Origin: a virus
DNA: 64,000 nucleotides
Virus record (IMG/VR): IMGVR_UViG_3300013117_000371
Strand: one strand, 5' to 3'
The notes under the pieces are model-generated. The model searched no databases and was not told the DNA's origin. It saw only the letters and a list, made by a program, of their open reading frames with translations. Shown piece after piece: positions 55,871-64,000 of the stretch. Within the stretch, counting starts at the first letter, position 1. Every line of letters begins with the position of its first letter. Made by a program: the position numbers and the translations under genes.

Positions 55871-56431
55871 CTATGTCAACTGGACACGGACAAAGCCGTT
55901 GTTGTTGGCGGCGTTCTTGATGAGTGTGCCTATGGCAAGGCCGCTTGTACCACCGTCACCCGTGGCGTCGGTGGACAGTACTGCACGGGCGTTTCCATCC
56001 CCGTCCAGCATGCTCACTACGTACACGGCTACTCCAACGGTTGCCCACGTTGCCACGGCATCCGGGTCGTAGATCTTCGAGTCGACCTCGACCGGCTCAT
56101 GGCCCTTGTACACCGGAAGGTACCCTTCCTGTGTCGTGGAGCTGGAATCTTCCACCTCCCGGGTCATCGCCTGTCGGGGCGGCTCGGCAGTCTTGCCCGT
56201 GACGAAGTACAGGGTCTTGGCGGCCAAGTCGACTGCCGCCGGAACGGCGCCGGCCCCCGGGACCTTGTACTTGTCGAGAGTTGCGTCGAGCTCCACCCAT
56301 TCACCATCCGAAATGTACGCCCAACTGTACGGCTCCACCGCCACGGTGTCGATGAACGCCGTGAGGTGATGGGCGGTCCGAACGATTACGTTCGGGAACT
56401 GGTTGCTCAGGGTGGGAAGTGTTACTGGCAT
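55871..56431 (-). CDS. head decoration / cement protein
   Basis: Beta-rich 186 aa immediately upstream of the MCP; GEWV.L. Confidence 0.55.
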   Translation of the reverse strand: MPVTLPTLSNQFPNVIVRTAHHLTAFIDTVAVEPYSWAYISDGEWVELDATLDKYKVPGAGAVPAAVDLAAKTLYFVTGKTAEPPRQAMTREVEDSSSTTQEGYLPVYKGHEPVEVDSKIYDPDAVATWATVGVAVYVVSMLDGDGNARAVLSTDATGDGGTSGLAIGTLIKNAANNNGFVRVQLT

Positions 56432-56442
56432 GATTTACCTCC

Positions 56443-56763
56443 CTATTGTAATGTTCTCAAGTTCTCAAGAAAGTCCACGTCACTCGTGGTCCGATCGGGC
56501 GAGCTTGCCTCCTCGCTGGCCTCACCCAGTGTGCTTCTCGGCGCCAACCTGTCAGCTAACTTCTCGATGGCCTCCCTCGGAAGTTCGGACAGGATGTCCT
56601 CGTCTGTTGACGAGGAATCAGAGAAGGTGGCTTTCACCCGAGCCACCGCTGCAGTCTTCTCCAGCTTGGTCCGGGCGGTCCGACCTTCTCGAATCTCAGC
56701 GGCTGCCGAACGGAGCAGCTCAGGGACCCCCTCCAGGGCGCCGGTCAATTCTGAAATCTTCAT
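56443..56763 (-). CDS. scaffold-like head protein with EKxA motifs
   Basis: LEKTAA, IEKLAD. Confidence 0.65.
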   Translation of the reverse strand: MKISELTGALEGVPELLRSAAAEIREGRTARTKLEKTAAVARVKATFSDSSSTDEDILSELPREAIEKLADRLAPRSTLGEASEEASSPDRTTSDVDFLENLRTLQ

Positions 56764-57173
56764 GACTGCCTCCTCCCCAGGTGAGCCCTGATCCGCTCCT
56801 TCAGCGCAGGGGTGATTCTGCGGGATGCCTGCTTCTCGAAGGGGCTGTCTTCCAACTGCGGAATCTCGCGCCCTTCCAGAAGCCGTTTTCCCTCAACCGA
56901 CAAGATGTCCTCCAGCTCAACGTCCGGACGAACAAAGGAAAGGGCGCCCACCACCCGTTCGACTGCCGAAGCAACCTTCTCCAGGTGCTCAGGGTCAAGG
57001 CCACTCTCGGACCCGCCCAAATCAGCCTCGATTCCCAGGGTGGAAAGAGCATCGTCTATGGTCGCGTTCTTTTCGATGCCTTCTTCCCTGTCCTCACGAG
57101 AGGCGCCAACTATGGCATCAGCCACCTCCACCGGGTTACGGTCGAGGAGCAATTCTGTCAGCGTCTTCCTCAT
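56760..57173 (-). CDS. scaffold-like head protein with three EKxA motifs
   Basis: IEKNAT, LEKVAS, FEKQAS. Confidence 0.65.
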   Translation of the reverse strand: MRKTLTELLLDRNPVEVADAIVGASREDREEGIEKNATIDDALSTLGIEADLGGSESGLDPEHLEKVASAVERVVGALSFVRPDVELEDILSVEGKRLLEGREIPQLEDSPFEKQASRRITPALKERIRAHLGRRQS

Positions 57174-57185
57174 GGGACTACCCTC

Positions 57186-57452
57186 CTATGCTGCCCGTTT
57201 CTTGCCGAGTCCGCGGCCGCCTACTGCGGCCGCTAGGAGCGCCCCCAGCCCGCCGACCTTGCGGCCGGCGCTGAGGTCTTTGAAGCCTACCTTGGCGCCC
57301 TTCTTCTTCGCCAGCGCCAGGAGGCCTTTGGCTCGCTTCGCTTTCAGGGTCTTCAGCCACCCCGCCTGCGCTTCGATGCCTTCGTCCTCTGCCTCAGCGA
57401 CTTTTTCCAGGCCGTCTTGGAAGCCTTGCTGGTACAGTTCTTCCAGGGTCAT
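57186..57452 (-). CDS. small head protein: acidic leader + polybasic glycine-zipper tail (88 aa)
   Basis: ATG 57452 with GGAGGAG; GFQDGLEKVA; VGGLGALLAAAVGG. Confidence 0.7.
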   Translation of the reverse strand: MTLEELYQQGFQDGLEKVAEAEDEGIEAQAGWLKTLKAKRAKGLLALAKKKGAKVGFKDLSAGRKVGGLGALLAAAVGGRGLGKKRAA

Positions 57453-57530
57453 CGGGGCTCCTCCTTCTCCGTGGACAGAGGGGGCCCTAAGGCCCCCATC
57501 CGTCACGTGAGTTTCTGCAACAGGCGCCTG

Positions 57531-58163
57531 CTACTTGCCGGCAGCGTAGCCGCCGGTGCCTGCCAACGCCGCCAGGAGGGCGCCGATGCCAATCTTGCCT
57601 TTGTGCTTCAGGCCGAGCTTCCCGGCCGCTCCGAGCTTGCTCTTGGCCTTGCCGAGCAGGGCGGAGGCCTTGCCTTTCAGCGCCTGCCGCCTCGCCATCC
57701 GGGCCTTGTACTTACCCAGCTTGCCCTTCTGCTTCTCACCGAAGAGCTGCGCCTTGAGGGCCTGAACCCGTGCGCTGGCGGCCTGCTTCTCCACGCCTTC
57801 GTCGGCCGCAGCACCCTCGTCGAGCGCTGCCTGGAAGCCCTTGCCATAGGCGTAGCCCATGCCAAACATCTCTTCCTGAGCCGCCTCCTTGTCAACGCCC
57901 TCTTCCGCCTCGCCCTCACCCAGGATTTCCATCAGGGCCTCGACCAGCTCCATGGCTTCCTCTTCCGGGATGCCGGCAGCGGCAAGGGCCTCGAGGGCTT
58001 CCTCGTCGTCCAGGTCGGCCAGGGACATATCGTCCTCACCCAGCACTTCCTGGACGCTTGCTACCTTCTCCAGGGTGCCTTCGAGCCCTGTTTCCTCGTC
58101 GGCCGCGGGCTCGGTGTCCGCCGCCTGAAGGGCCTCAATGATGTCCTTCTCTGTGATTTTCAT
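57531..58163 (-). CDS. scaffold/core head protein: acidic N-part, polybasic C-part (210 aa)
   Basis: ATG 58163 with AGGAGG; LEKVAS, VDKEAA, VEKQAA; IGIGALLAALAGTGG. Confidence 0.7.
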   Translation of the reverse strand: MKITEKDIIEALQAADTEPAADEETGLEGTLEKVASVQEVLGEDDMSLADLDDEEALEALAAAGIPEEEAMELVEALMEILGEGEAEEGVDKEAAQEEMFGMGYAYGKGFQAALDEGAAADEGVEKQAASARVQALKAQLFGEKQKGKLGKYKARMARRQALKGKASALLGKAKSKLGAAGKLGLKHKGKIGIGALLAALAGTGGYAAGK

Positions 58164-58240
58164 CTTCACTCCTCCTGACATGTTCTGTTGGTTTGACCAA
58201 GGTGGGTCTTAGCATCCGTAAATGCTCGCCTTACTCCTAA

Positions 58241-58269
58241 TGTATAACCTGCTGAGGAAGTCAGCGCAA
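58241..58269 (-). promoter_or_regulatory. possible sigma70-type promoter for the scaffold/capsid operon
   Basis: TTGCGC-17nt-TATACA, AT-rich UP-like tract upstream, GCTGA-5nt-TCAGC inverted repeat in the spacer. Confidence 0.45.
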
Positions 58270-58420
58270 GGAAAAACTTGCAAAAAAGTAAACGGGGGGA
58301 GAATTACTTAGCTCGCAGGCGCACTTTCTGGAACGCGGACGTCACCCACGGATGCGGGCGCCCGCGTACTCTTTTAAGGATCTTGGCAAACTCGCTCCCG
58401 GCCCAAATTCTCGTAGGCGC

Positions 58421-58741
58421 TTATTGCCCCATCTTTGGTTTTGCAGTCAACCCCATCCTTTCGGCTTTGGCCTTAGGGTTGAGCCCGGTTTGCTGCGTAG
58501 TTCCGCGACGAATATTGCTCAAGAGGCCCCCTGCCGGCTTCTGAACTCGTGGCCTGAGCACTTTCGGGCCGGCTCGAGTGCCTGCTATGATGGAAGGTAT
58601 TCGGGCGCCTCCGGCGCCCATCCGCTCTTTGCCCATAGCTACCGCCCGCAGCCCCGGAGTTTGAGCTACCATGCGGGCCATGCCCTCCTTATCCAACCCG
58701 TCTTCCAGGGCAGCCATGAAGCCGGCGACGAAAGGGTCCAC
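58421..58741 (-). CDS. small basic head protein with leader motif
   Basis: MDPFVAGFMAALEDGLDKEG then an R/K-rich body. Confidence 0.65.
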   Translation of the reverse strand: MDPFVAGFMAALEDGLDKEGMARMVAQTPGLRAVAMGKERMGAGGARIPSIIAGTRAGPKVLRPRVQKPAGGLLSNIRRGTTQQTGLNPKAKAERMGLTAKPKMGQ

Positions 58742-58742
58742 G

Positions 58743-60461
58743 TTACTCCCCCTCTTCCCGCAATTCCGGGTCGTTGGCCAGGCTGTGGAGCAAGGCGTAA
58801 GGCAGGGCCGTCGGCCGCAGGTCAGGCATAGGTGGGGGATTGATGACTGTCACTCGGGGGCCTTTGCTTCGTGCCCCCGCCAATGCCGCCAAGAGCGCCA
58901 ACTGCTCAGCGTTCGCTTCCTGGTTCTTGCTCGCTGTTCGAGCCATAAGCCACAGGGGGATGGTGAGACTGGGAGCAATCAGCAAAGTCGTCAAACCAGC
59001 TTGCTTCTCGATCCCCAACACTTCCCGGTCGCTGGCCAGGGCGTAGGGGGAGTCCCCCATCAAAGGAACAGCTACATCGGGCGCGGTCATGATCATGCCC
59101 AGGTAGTTCCGGTAGGCCCCCTCCAATTCAGCGTTCTTCTCAATCCCCCACTCCTCCAGCTCCGTTCGGGTATTGGAGAGAGTCTCCTCCGCCAGCGCCA
59201 AGCGGTCCAACAGACGTCGGAGGCGGGCACGTAGAATCTTGGGAAGGATAGAACGGTGCGGCGCCAGTTTGCGCTGCACGTGCCTGTCCGCAGAAACCCC
59301 CGGCTTGTCGGTACCGTCAACTTCTACAGGAGTGACCCCGTCAGGAAACGGAATCATGACTTGCTTCTTGATTATCAGGAGTCCTTGCTTCCTCTTCCCC
59401 TGCGCTCCAAGGAAAGCCGCTGTAAACTCCCGAGGGTCAAGCAGAACCTTGTTGCGTATGAGGGAGAGGATCAGCCCTGGGCCATGCTTGTCCCCCGCTG
59501 CCAGCAAAGCGCCGGGGTCGATGCTGGCTTCCTTGCTGAACATCTCCGCCATCTTCCTGATGAGGAAGCGCTTCTCCAACTGCGCCGGAGACGAACTGCG
59601 AAGGGCCGGAACTTTCCCAGCTTTGGCAATGGCGCCCTTGCGCACCAGTTCCCGCAACGCCGCCGTCACCCGAGCTTTGGGGATGCGGGAAGCAGGTACT
59701 CCCGAAGACATAGAGCCGTCTTTGGCCGCCACCTTCAGCAGCCCATGCGCTAAGGTGTCCGCCCCCTCGTCCACTGCCGAGATGTCATGGAACTTGGGGT
59801 AGAGATTGACCATGCAGGCCACTCGGCCGTTGGGCATGATGGTGCCAATGAACCGCCTATTGATGTGCAAACACGCCGGGTCCTCGTGGTGGCGCCGAGT
59901 ATTCCCACAAATCGGGCAGACGTCAGCAACAGCGTACATCCCCATGGACACGTCGAAGGGATGACCGCTGTCAATCCAATTCAAGATGTCCGGGTGGTCC
60001 TTGGCCAGCGGCTCTCGGAAGACTTTGACCAGCAGCTCAATCCAGTGCATCCCCCAGTTGTAGTTGGTGAAAATGACGTCGCCGTAGACCGGATGCCCCT
60101 TTTGCGGCTTGTTCTTGTGGTGGGCAAAAAACTTCCCATTGAGGAACGTACGGTACCCATAGGGGCGCTTAGCATATACTTTACAGGTCTGCCAGTTGGT
60201 CGGAGCCAGATGCTCCTCCAGGACAGCGTCGCCCCGGGAGTTGGGGCCCCAGTACTCGAATGCTCCAATGGGAATGATCACCATGTACGAGTAGGCAGGG
60301 TGCGGTTTGATCAACTTGATCTGGCTCTGTAACGCCGCCGAGAAATGAGACTTAGCTCCAGCTGGGAGGGCTGCCGCCGTCTTTTCCAAACCGGTCAGGG
60401 TGAACACTCGCTGGTGGTGGTGATCGTCAAAGGCGGGGACGTCGAGTGCTTTGTGGAGCAT
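58743..60461 (-). CDS. prohead maturation serine protease (HK97/assemblin-like fold probable) with C-terminal extension
   Basis: His (AHHKN), Ser in DVSMG, CxxC...CxH, FHDISAV..GAD resembling the EVS.V..PA motif of prohead proteases. Confidence 0.7.
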   Translation of the reverse strand: MLHKALDVPAFDDHHHQRVFTLTGLEKTAAALPAGAKSHFSAALQSQIKLIKPHPAYSYMVIIPIGAFEYWGPNSRGDAVLEEHLAPTNWQTCKVYAKRPYGYRTFLNGKFFAHHKNKPQKGHPVYGDVIFTNYNWGMHWIELLVKVFREPLAKDHPDILNWIDSGHPFDVSMGMYAVADVCPICGNTRRHHEDPACLHINRRFIGTIMPNGRVACMVNLYPKFHDISAVDEGADTLAHGLLKVAAKDGSMSSGVPASRIPKARVTAALRELVRKGAIAKAGKVPALRSSSPAQLEKRFLIRKMAEMFSKEASIDPGALLAAGDKHGPGLILSLIRNKVLLDPREFTAAFLGAQGKRKQGLLIIKKQVMIPFPDGVTPVEVDGTDKPGVSADRHVQRKLAPHRSILPKILRARLRRLLDRLALAEETLSNTRTELEEWGIEKNAELEGAYRNYLGMIMTAPDVAVPLMGDSPYALASDREVLGIEKQAGLTTLLIAPSLTIPLWLMARTASKNQEANAEQLALLAALAGARSKGPRVTVINPPPMPDLRPTALPYALLHSLANDPELREEGE

Positions 60462-60464
60462 TTG

Positions 60465-60926
60465 TCAGACCTCCCCCATCATCTTCTGATGGAGAGTCGC
60501 CGCCTTCATGGGGTCAAACACTCCTTTGTCCGCTGGCTGCGCCAACGCCAGGACTACGGAGGGATCAATTCCCTCCTGCTCAAAGGCCATCCCCTTGTTC
60601 ATGTACCCAGCTGCCGCCAGCGGGTCCCGGGAAAGGGTTGGGTTCATCCGACGCAAGGACATGAAGTGCTTGTATGCCCGTACTTGCTTCCTCCGCAAGC
60701 TGGGGGACTCACCAAGTGCTCTCTGGAAATCCCCGTCCCGAGTAAGGCGCTCATGCGCAGCCACCCCACCGGCTATCGCAGCCGCCGCAGCCAAGGACGT
60801 ACCCAGAAGGACCCCAGTGGGGCCGGCCGCACTAGCGATTCGAGCGAGGGTCTTCCTCTTTTTCGGGGTGCGCCGCCACGCCTTGCTGGCCTTGGCGAGT
60901 AGCTTGCCTATCCTTCCTCCTGGCAT
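60465..60926 (-). CDS. basic head-module protein with hydrophobic G/A segment (153 aa)
   Basis: ATG 60926 with GGAGGAG; GVLLGTSLAAAAAIAGGVAA; F.SL...NP.LS.DP.AA. Confidence 0.7.
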   Translation of the reverse strand: MPGGRIGKLLAKASKAWRRTPKKRKTLARIASAAGPTGVLLGTSLAAAAAIAGGVAAHERLTRDGDFQRALGESPSLRRKQVRAYKHFMSLRRMNPTLSRDPLAAAGYMNKGMAFEQEGIDPSVVLALAQPADKGVFDPMKAATLHQKMMGEV

Positions 60927-60937
60927 GTTGGCTCCTC

Positions 60938-61423
60938 CTAATAGTTGGCGGGCACGTACGACGGGCGCTGGCCCCTGCTGGCCATGTAGGCGCCCCCTGC
61001 GACCAATGCGCCGCCTGCGCCTACTGCCGGCCACAGCCACTTACGCGCTGGTGCGGCTGGTTGCTCCTTGGCGGCCCGCTGGAAAAGCCCAGCAAAGCGA
61101 CCCTGGCCACTCTGAATGCGCTTCATCCGGGCAGCGTGTCGAGCTTCTCTGATTTCTGCTTTGCGGGCGTACTTGCCGGTGACTGCCTCTACTCGAGCTG
61201 TGCCCTTGGCGGCCACTTCCTTCCTCCGCATTGCCCTTTTTGTTCTGGCCATAGTTGCCTTCCCCCGAACCTTCGCTGCTACTACTTTTTTACGGGCGGC
61301 CGCCCCTGCTGCTCGGCGAGCTGCCCAGGCACTACGAAAGCCCTTCATGAAGGCGTCCTTCTCAAGGCCGTCTTCGCTGCGGTCTGCTATGAACTGTGCA
61401 AGTACTGCTTTGTCAATGGCCAT
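60938..61423 (-). CDS. polybasic head-module protein with leader motif (161 aa)
   Basis: TGATG coupling at 61423; EDGLEKDA; R/K/A-rich; WLWPAVGAGGALVAGG. Confidence 0.7.
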   Translation of the reverse strand: MAIDKAVLAQFIADRSEDGLEKDAFMKGFRSAWAARRAAGAAARKKVVAAKVRGKATMARTKRAMRRKEVAAKGTARVEAVTGKYARKAEIREARHAARMKRIQSGQGRFAGLFQRAAKEQPAAPARKWLWPAVGAGGALVAGGAYMASRGQRPSYVPANY

Positions 61424-61764
61424 CACGTCCCCCAAATTTGCATGGCTTTCCGGCTGGCGGCCATGTTCGCCCGCATCCCAGTGATAAATTCATGGGCAAA
61501 GAGCCCCGCAATACCCAACCGCATCGCTCTCCCCGCGGTTGCCCCTATCCCACCCCGTAACGCCTTTCGTACGGCCGACTGCGCCGGGCGAGTAGCGATT
61601 GTGTACGGGTTGACCGGGGAGGAAGTTACCTTGCGCAGATACCCCGCTACCCGGTCATACCGAGTCTGTGGTTTGAAAAGGCGCACCACAGCGACCTTCT
61701 CCAGCTCCTTCCGGCGTTGGTATTCCGCAACCGCAGCCGCAAGCAATGGCCCTACTTGACCCAT
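61423..61764 (-). CDS. basic head-module protein with leader motif
   Basis: ELEKVA at residues 20-25; GGIGATAG..LGIAGL. Confidence 0.65.
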   Translation of the reverse strand: MGQVGPLLAAAVAEYQRRKELEKVAVVRLFKPQTRYDRVAGYLRKVTSSPVNPYTIATRPAQSAVRKALRGGIGATAGRAMRLGIAGLFAHEFITGMRANMAASRKAMQIWGT

Positions 61765-62492
61765 GCCCCCTCCAACTTGGCGGAGGCGTCGGTATACGCA
61801 GCCACAGCCGTCAAAAATGATGTCATCGACGCCACCACCGGGTGCTCTGCTGACGGGGTCATTCCAGTATACTGGGCCACCTTGTCGAAGTCTATGTCGG
61901 CTGTCTTCTCCAAGGCCCCCTGCATAACTCGGGTAAGGACGGTGGACCCGTGCCCCCGGTCCAAGACTACCGCCAGCCCCATGAGTTCCTCAGGAGGCAA
62001 CTTCCGCAGCGCTGCGTTGACCGTTCCGGTCAGATCCCCCAAGCTCTCACTGAGAACCTCGGCGGCTGCCGTCTTCTTCAAATGGCGGTGCCCTGGGAGC
62101 TTGTCCCGCAGAGGGATTTTCGGCTTCCTCTTGGCCTTTTTCGCCTTGGAGGTGTGCGACACCGGCCCTACTCGGCGCAACTCCGGGAGGGTGAGGGGTG
62201 GGCCCTTCGCTTCCTTCCTCGCCCTCCCCCCCAGCCGTACCTTGGCCAAGGAGGCCAATTTGAAGCGGACCAAGCGATGCTTCTTGAACGCGTTCTTGTG
62301 GACTGCCCGATTGACCATTTGACAAAGGGTGCGGACGTGAGTATCCGTCAAAGCTTTCCCCTTGTGTATTCGCGCGAACCGGGCAACATTTTCCGCAACC
62401 AACGTTGACAGGTCCTTCTTCCCTTCATTGTGGAAAAACGCCTTGACTATGGTGATTGCCATTTCGGTGAGAAGTTCAGGATACACTTCCAT
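61752..62492 (-). CDS. head-module protein with three KxA motifs
   Basis: LKKTAA, LEKTAD, FDKVAQ; GGAGG RBS. Confidence 0.7.
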   Translation of the reverse strand: MEVYPELLTEMAITIVKAFFHNEGKKDLSTLVAENVARFARIHKGKALTDTHVRTLCQMVNRAVHKNAFKKHRLVRFKLASLAKVRLGGRARKEAKGPPLTLPELRRVGPVSHTSKAKKAKRKPKIPLRDKLPGHRHLKKTAAAEVLSESLGDLTGTVNAALRKLPPEELMGLAVVLDRGHGSTVLTRVMQGALEKTADIDFDKVAQYTGMTPSAEHPVVASMTSFLTAVAAYTDASAKLEGAWVK

Positions 62493-62515
62493 CGCCGACC
62501 TCCATACACATTACT

Positions 62516-62543
62516 ATGGTAACAAAGAAACAGCTCATGACAA
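62516..62543 (-). promoter_or_regulatory. sigma70-type promoter with extended -10
   Basis: TTGTCA-16nt-TACCAT with TG at -15/-14. Confidence 0.5.
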
Positions 62544-62567
62544 GGAAAAGGTGAATTCCGCAGGACT

Positions 62568-63341
62568 CTACTTCTTAGAATCCCGCAACACCCGCTCCGT
62601 CACGGCTCCCAAAATCCCAGCTCCAAAAGCCCCGGCAACCCCCCGGCCGACCACTCTCGGCAGCCACAACTTGGGACGGCGCAGGACTTTTCTGTACGTG
62701 CGCAACTTCAGAGGTGATCCTTTGGCCTTGAAGAACACCGTTTCCGGTACTTGCTTAGCCGCCGCAGTCAACCCCCCTACCCCCGCTACCAGGGGAATAA
62801 TCGAGCCTCCCTTTTTTTTCTTGCGTTTCAGGCCGTAGCCAATGCTCCCCGCTGTCACAGCTGCCGCCGCCAATCCCGGTACCGCCCTGGCAGCAAACGC
62901 CCGGCCAAACACCTTACGCATCCCCGCAGCGGTCAATTTCTTCCCCGACTGGGCCCGCTCAAGGGCGTACTCCACGCCCCCTTTGCCTCCCGAGTAGACA
63001 ATGCCGCTGGCCAGGATCTTGGTCATCCCCCGAGCTCTTCGGCCGGGGTCGCCGGACTTCAAGTCTTTCACGCCGCTAACGAATATCGGAAAAGTCGCTG
63101 CCCCTACCGCTACTCCGCCAGCCGCCCGGGGAAGTCCTCGCCTGCGGAAGGAGGCAAGGAGCCGCTTCATTCGGAAGGCTTCCCGCACCCGTTTCCGCTG
63201 CATGCGGCGGAGGACCCCTCCCTCTACAGCGTGCTCAATAGTTCCCTTGGGGAGGTCGGCCATGACAGCTTTGAGGCCCCCCGCACCGATGAGGGCAGCC
63301 ATGGACTTGCTTTGCCTGTCCTTCACCGAGCTGACCTCCAA
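62568..63341 (-). CDS. polybasic protein with four glycine-zipper-like hydrophobic segments
   Basis: GGVAVGAATF, GLAAAAVTAGSIGYG, LVAGVGGLTAAA, GVAGAFGAGILGAV; start uncertain. Confidence 0.65.
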   Translation of the reverse strand: MEVSSVKDRQSKSMAALIGAGGLKAVMADLPKGTIEHAVEGGVLRRMQRKRVREAFRMKRLLASFRRRGLPRAAGGVAVGAATFPIFVSGVKDLKSGDPGRRARGMTKILASGIVYSGGKGGVEYALERAQSGKKLTAAGMRKVFGRAFAARAVPGLAAAAVTAGSIGYGLKRKKKKGGSIIPLVAGVGGLTAAAKQVPETVFFKAKGSPLKLRTYRKVLRRPKLWLPRVVGRGVAGAFGAGILGAVTERVLRDSKK

Positions 63342-63429
63342 ACGCAGCTCTCCCCACGCTTGCGGGGAGAAGCCGTGCGAGATAGGGCCGTTTGGCCTGA
63401 TACTCCTTTCATTACCTCATCCACCTCCC

Positions 63430-64000
63430 TTATGTCAACTGGAAAGATGCCGCCGGGAACATGTCGCTGCGCGGATACACCAAATGCGACGCCAGGAGAC
63501 AGTTGAACATAGCATGGAAGTAGTCATCCGTCTCATTCTCACTGTGAATGTACCGCACCTTTCCCTTTCTGTCCACTTCCGCCTTCACCGCCTTCAAGTC
63601 CTGGTACCAATGGTGCGCCCGCAAATCCGCCATCCGGGGGAGCTTGAAACGGGAGGGGGTCATCTTCATCGCCGTCACCACATTGGTGAGCATCTCGTCT
63701 CGGCTGACCTTCACAATGAGGTCGTGGGGGGCAAACTTGATAGGGGCGTTCTGGTTGACATACTGGACCTGCACGAACCGCTCCGCCCCGAATATGCTGA
63801 CAAGCATCCGGTTACGCACGTACCCCATTCCAGCGTCCGCTCCCAGCTTGGCGATGCGCACTTGCCGCAGCAACGGCAGGAAGGGAAGGTAGGCGTCCAC
63901 TTCAGTCCCCACCCGGTACTCCTCCAGGTCCGGGAGCCCTAACTCGAAGTAACGGAAGCCCCCTACGAACGTAAAGATGTCTTTGATGTACGCCCCGAAC
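63430..64000 (-). CDS. terL: terminase large subunit, C-terminal nuclease domain (5'-truncated by window edge)
   Basis: Frame is open to the window end; ADAGMG, RDEML, YIH...TDDYFHA.FNC. Confidence 0.75.
   Translation of the reverse strand, partial: FGAYIKDIFTFVGGFRYFELGLPDLEEYRVGTEVDAYLPFLPLLRQVRIAKLGADAGMGYVRNRMLVSIFGAERFVQVQYVNQNAPIKFAPHDLIVKVSRDEMLTNVVTAMKMTPSRFKLPRMADLRAHHWYQDLKAVKAEVDRKGKVRYIHSENETDDYFHAMFNCLLASHLVYPRSDMFPAASFQLT

Noticed and set aside
58304-58423. 38 K/R-rich codons in frame after the TAA of the 58421-58741 gene (possible read-through)
   Set aside because: An open stretch of this length is common at this GC content and TAA is rarely read through; would need ortholog evidence.
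1-64000. Stop-codon reassignment as seen in some large phages
   Set aside because: Genes are long and tightly coupled under the standard code, and TAA, TAG and TGA all terminate genes.

Overview
This window is a 64-kb internal segment of a large, GC-rich (about 60% by eye) tailed dsDNA phage with a contractile tail (myovirus morphology). I see no host housekeeping genes, rRNA, tRNA, CRISPR array, integrase or transposase. The first 8.8 kb (+ strand) is a recombination/early module: RecA-like, Hjc-like resolvase, Cas4-like exonuclease, a Ycf46-like AAA ATPase with DUF1257/DUF2997-like partners, and an XRE HTH protein, ending at a hairpin terminator. The remaining ~55 kb is a - strand morphogenesis region. 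In transcription order it runs: terminase (truncated), small basic head proteins, prohead protease, scaffold/core proteins, decoration protein, major capsid, neck, sheath, tube, tail assembly chaperones with a -1 frameshift, tape measure, hub, a sigma-70-family factor, baseplate and fibre. A + strand groES-groEL-orf island interrupts it. The best candidate for an undescribed system is a G-L-[E/D]-K-x-A leader, probably a prohead-protease cleavage and capsid-targeting signal. It marks the capsid protein, the protease and about nine small head-module proteins, and it recurs almost verbatim (GFQDSLEKVA vs GFQDGLEKVA) at the boundary of the N-terminal extension of the phage sigma factor. This suggests a virion-packaged, protease-matured sigma factor. 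All product calls are motif recognition by eye; no database searches were run.
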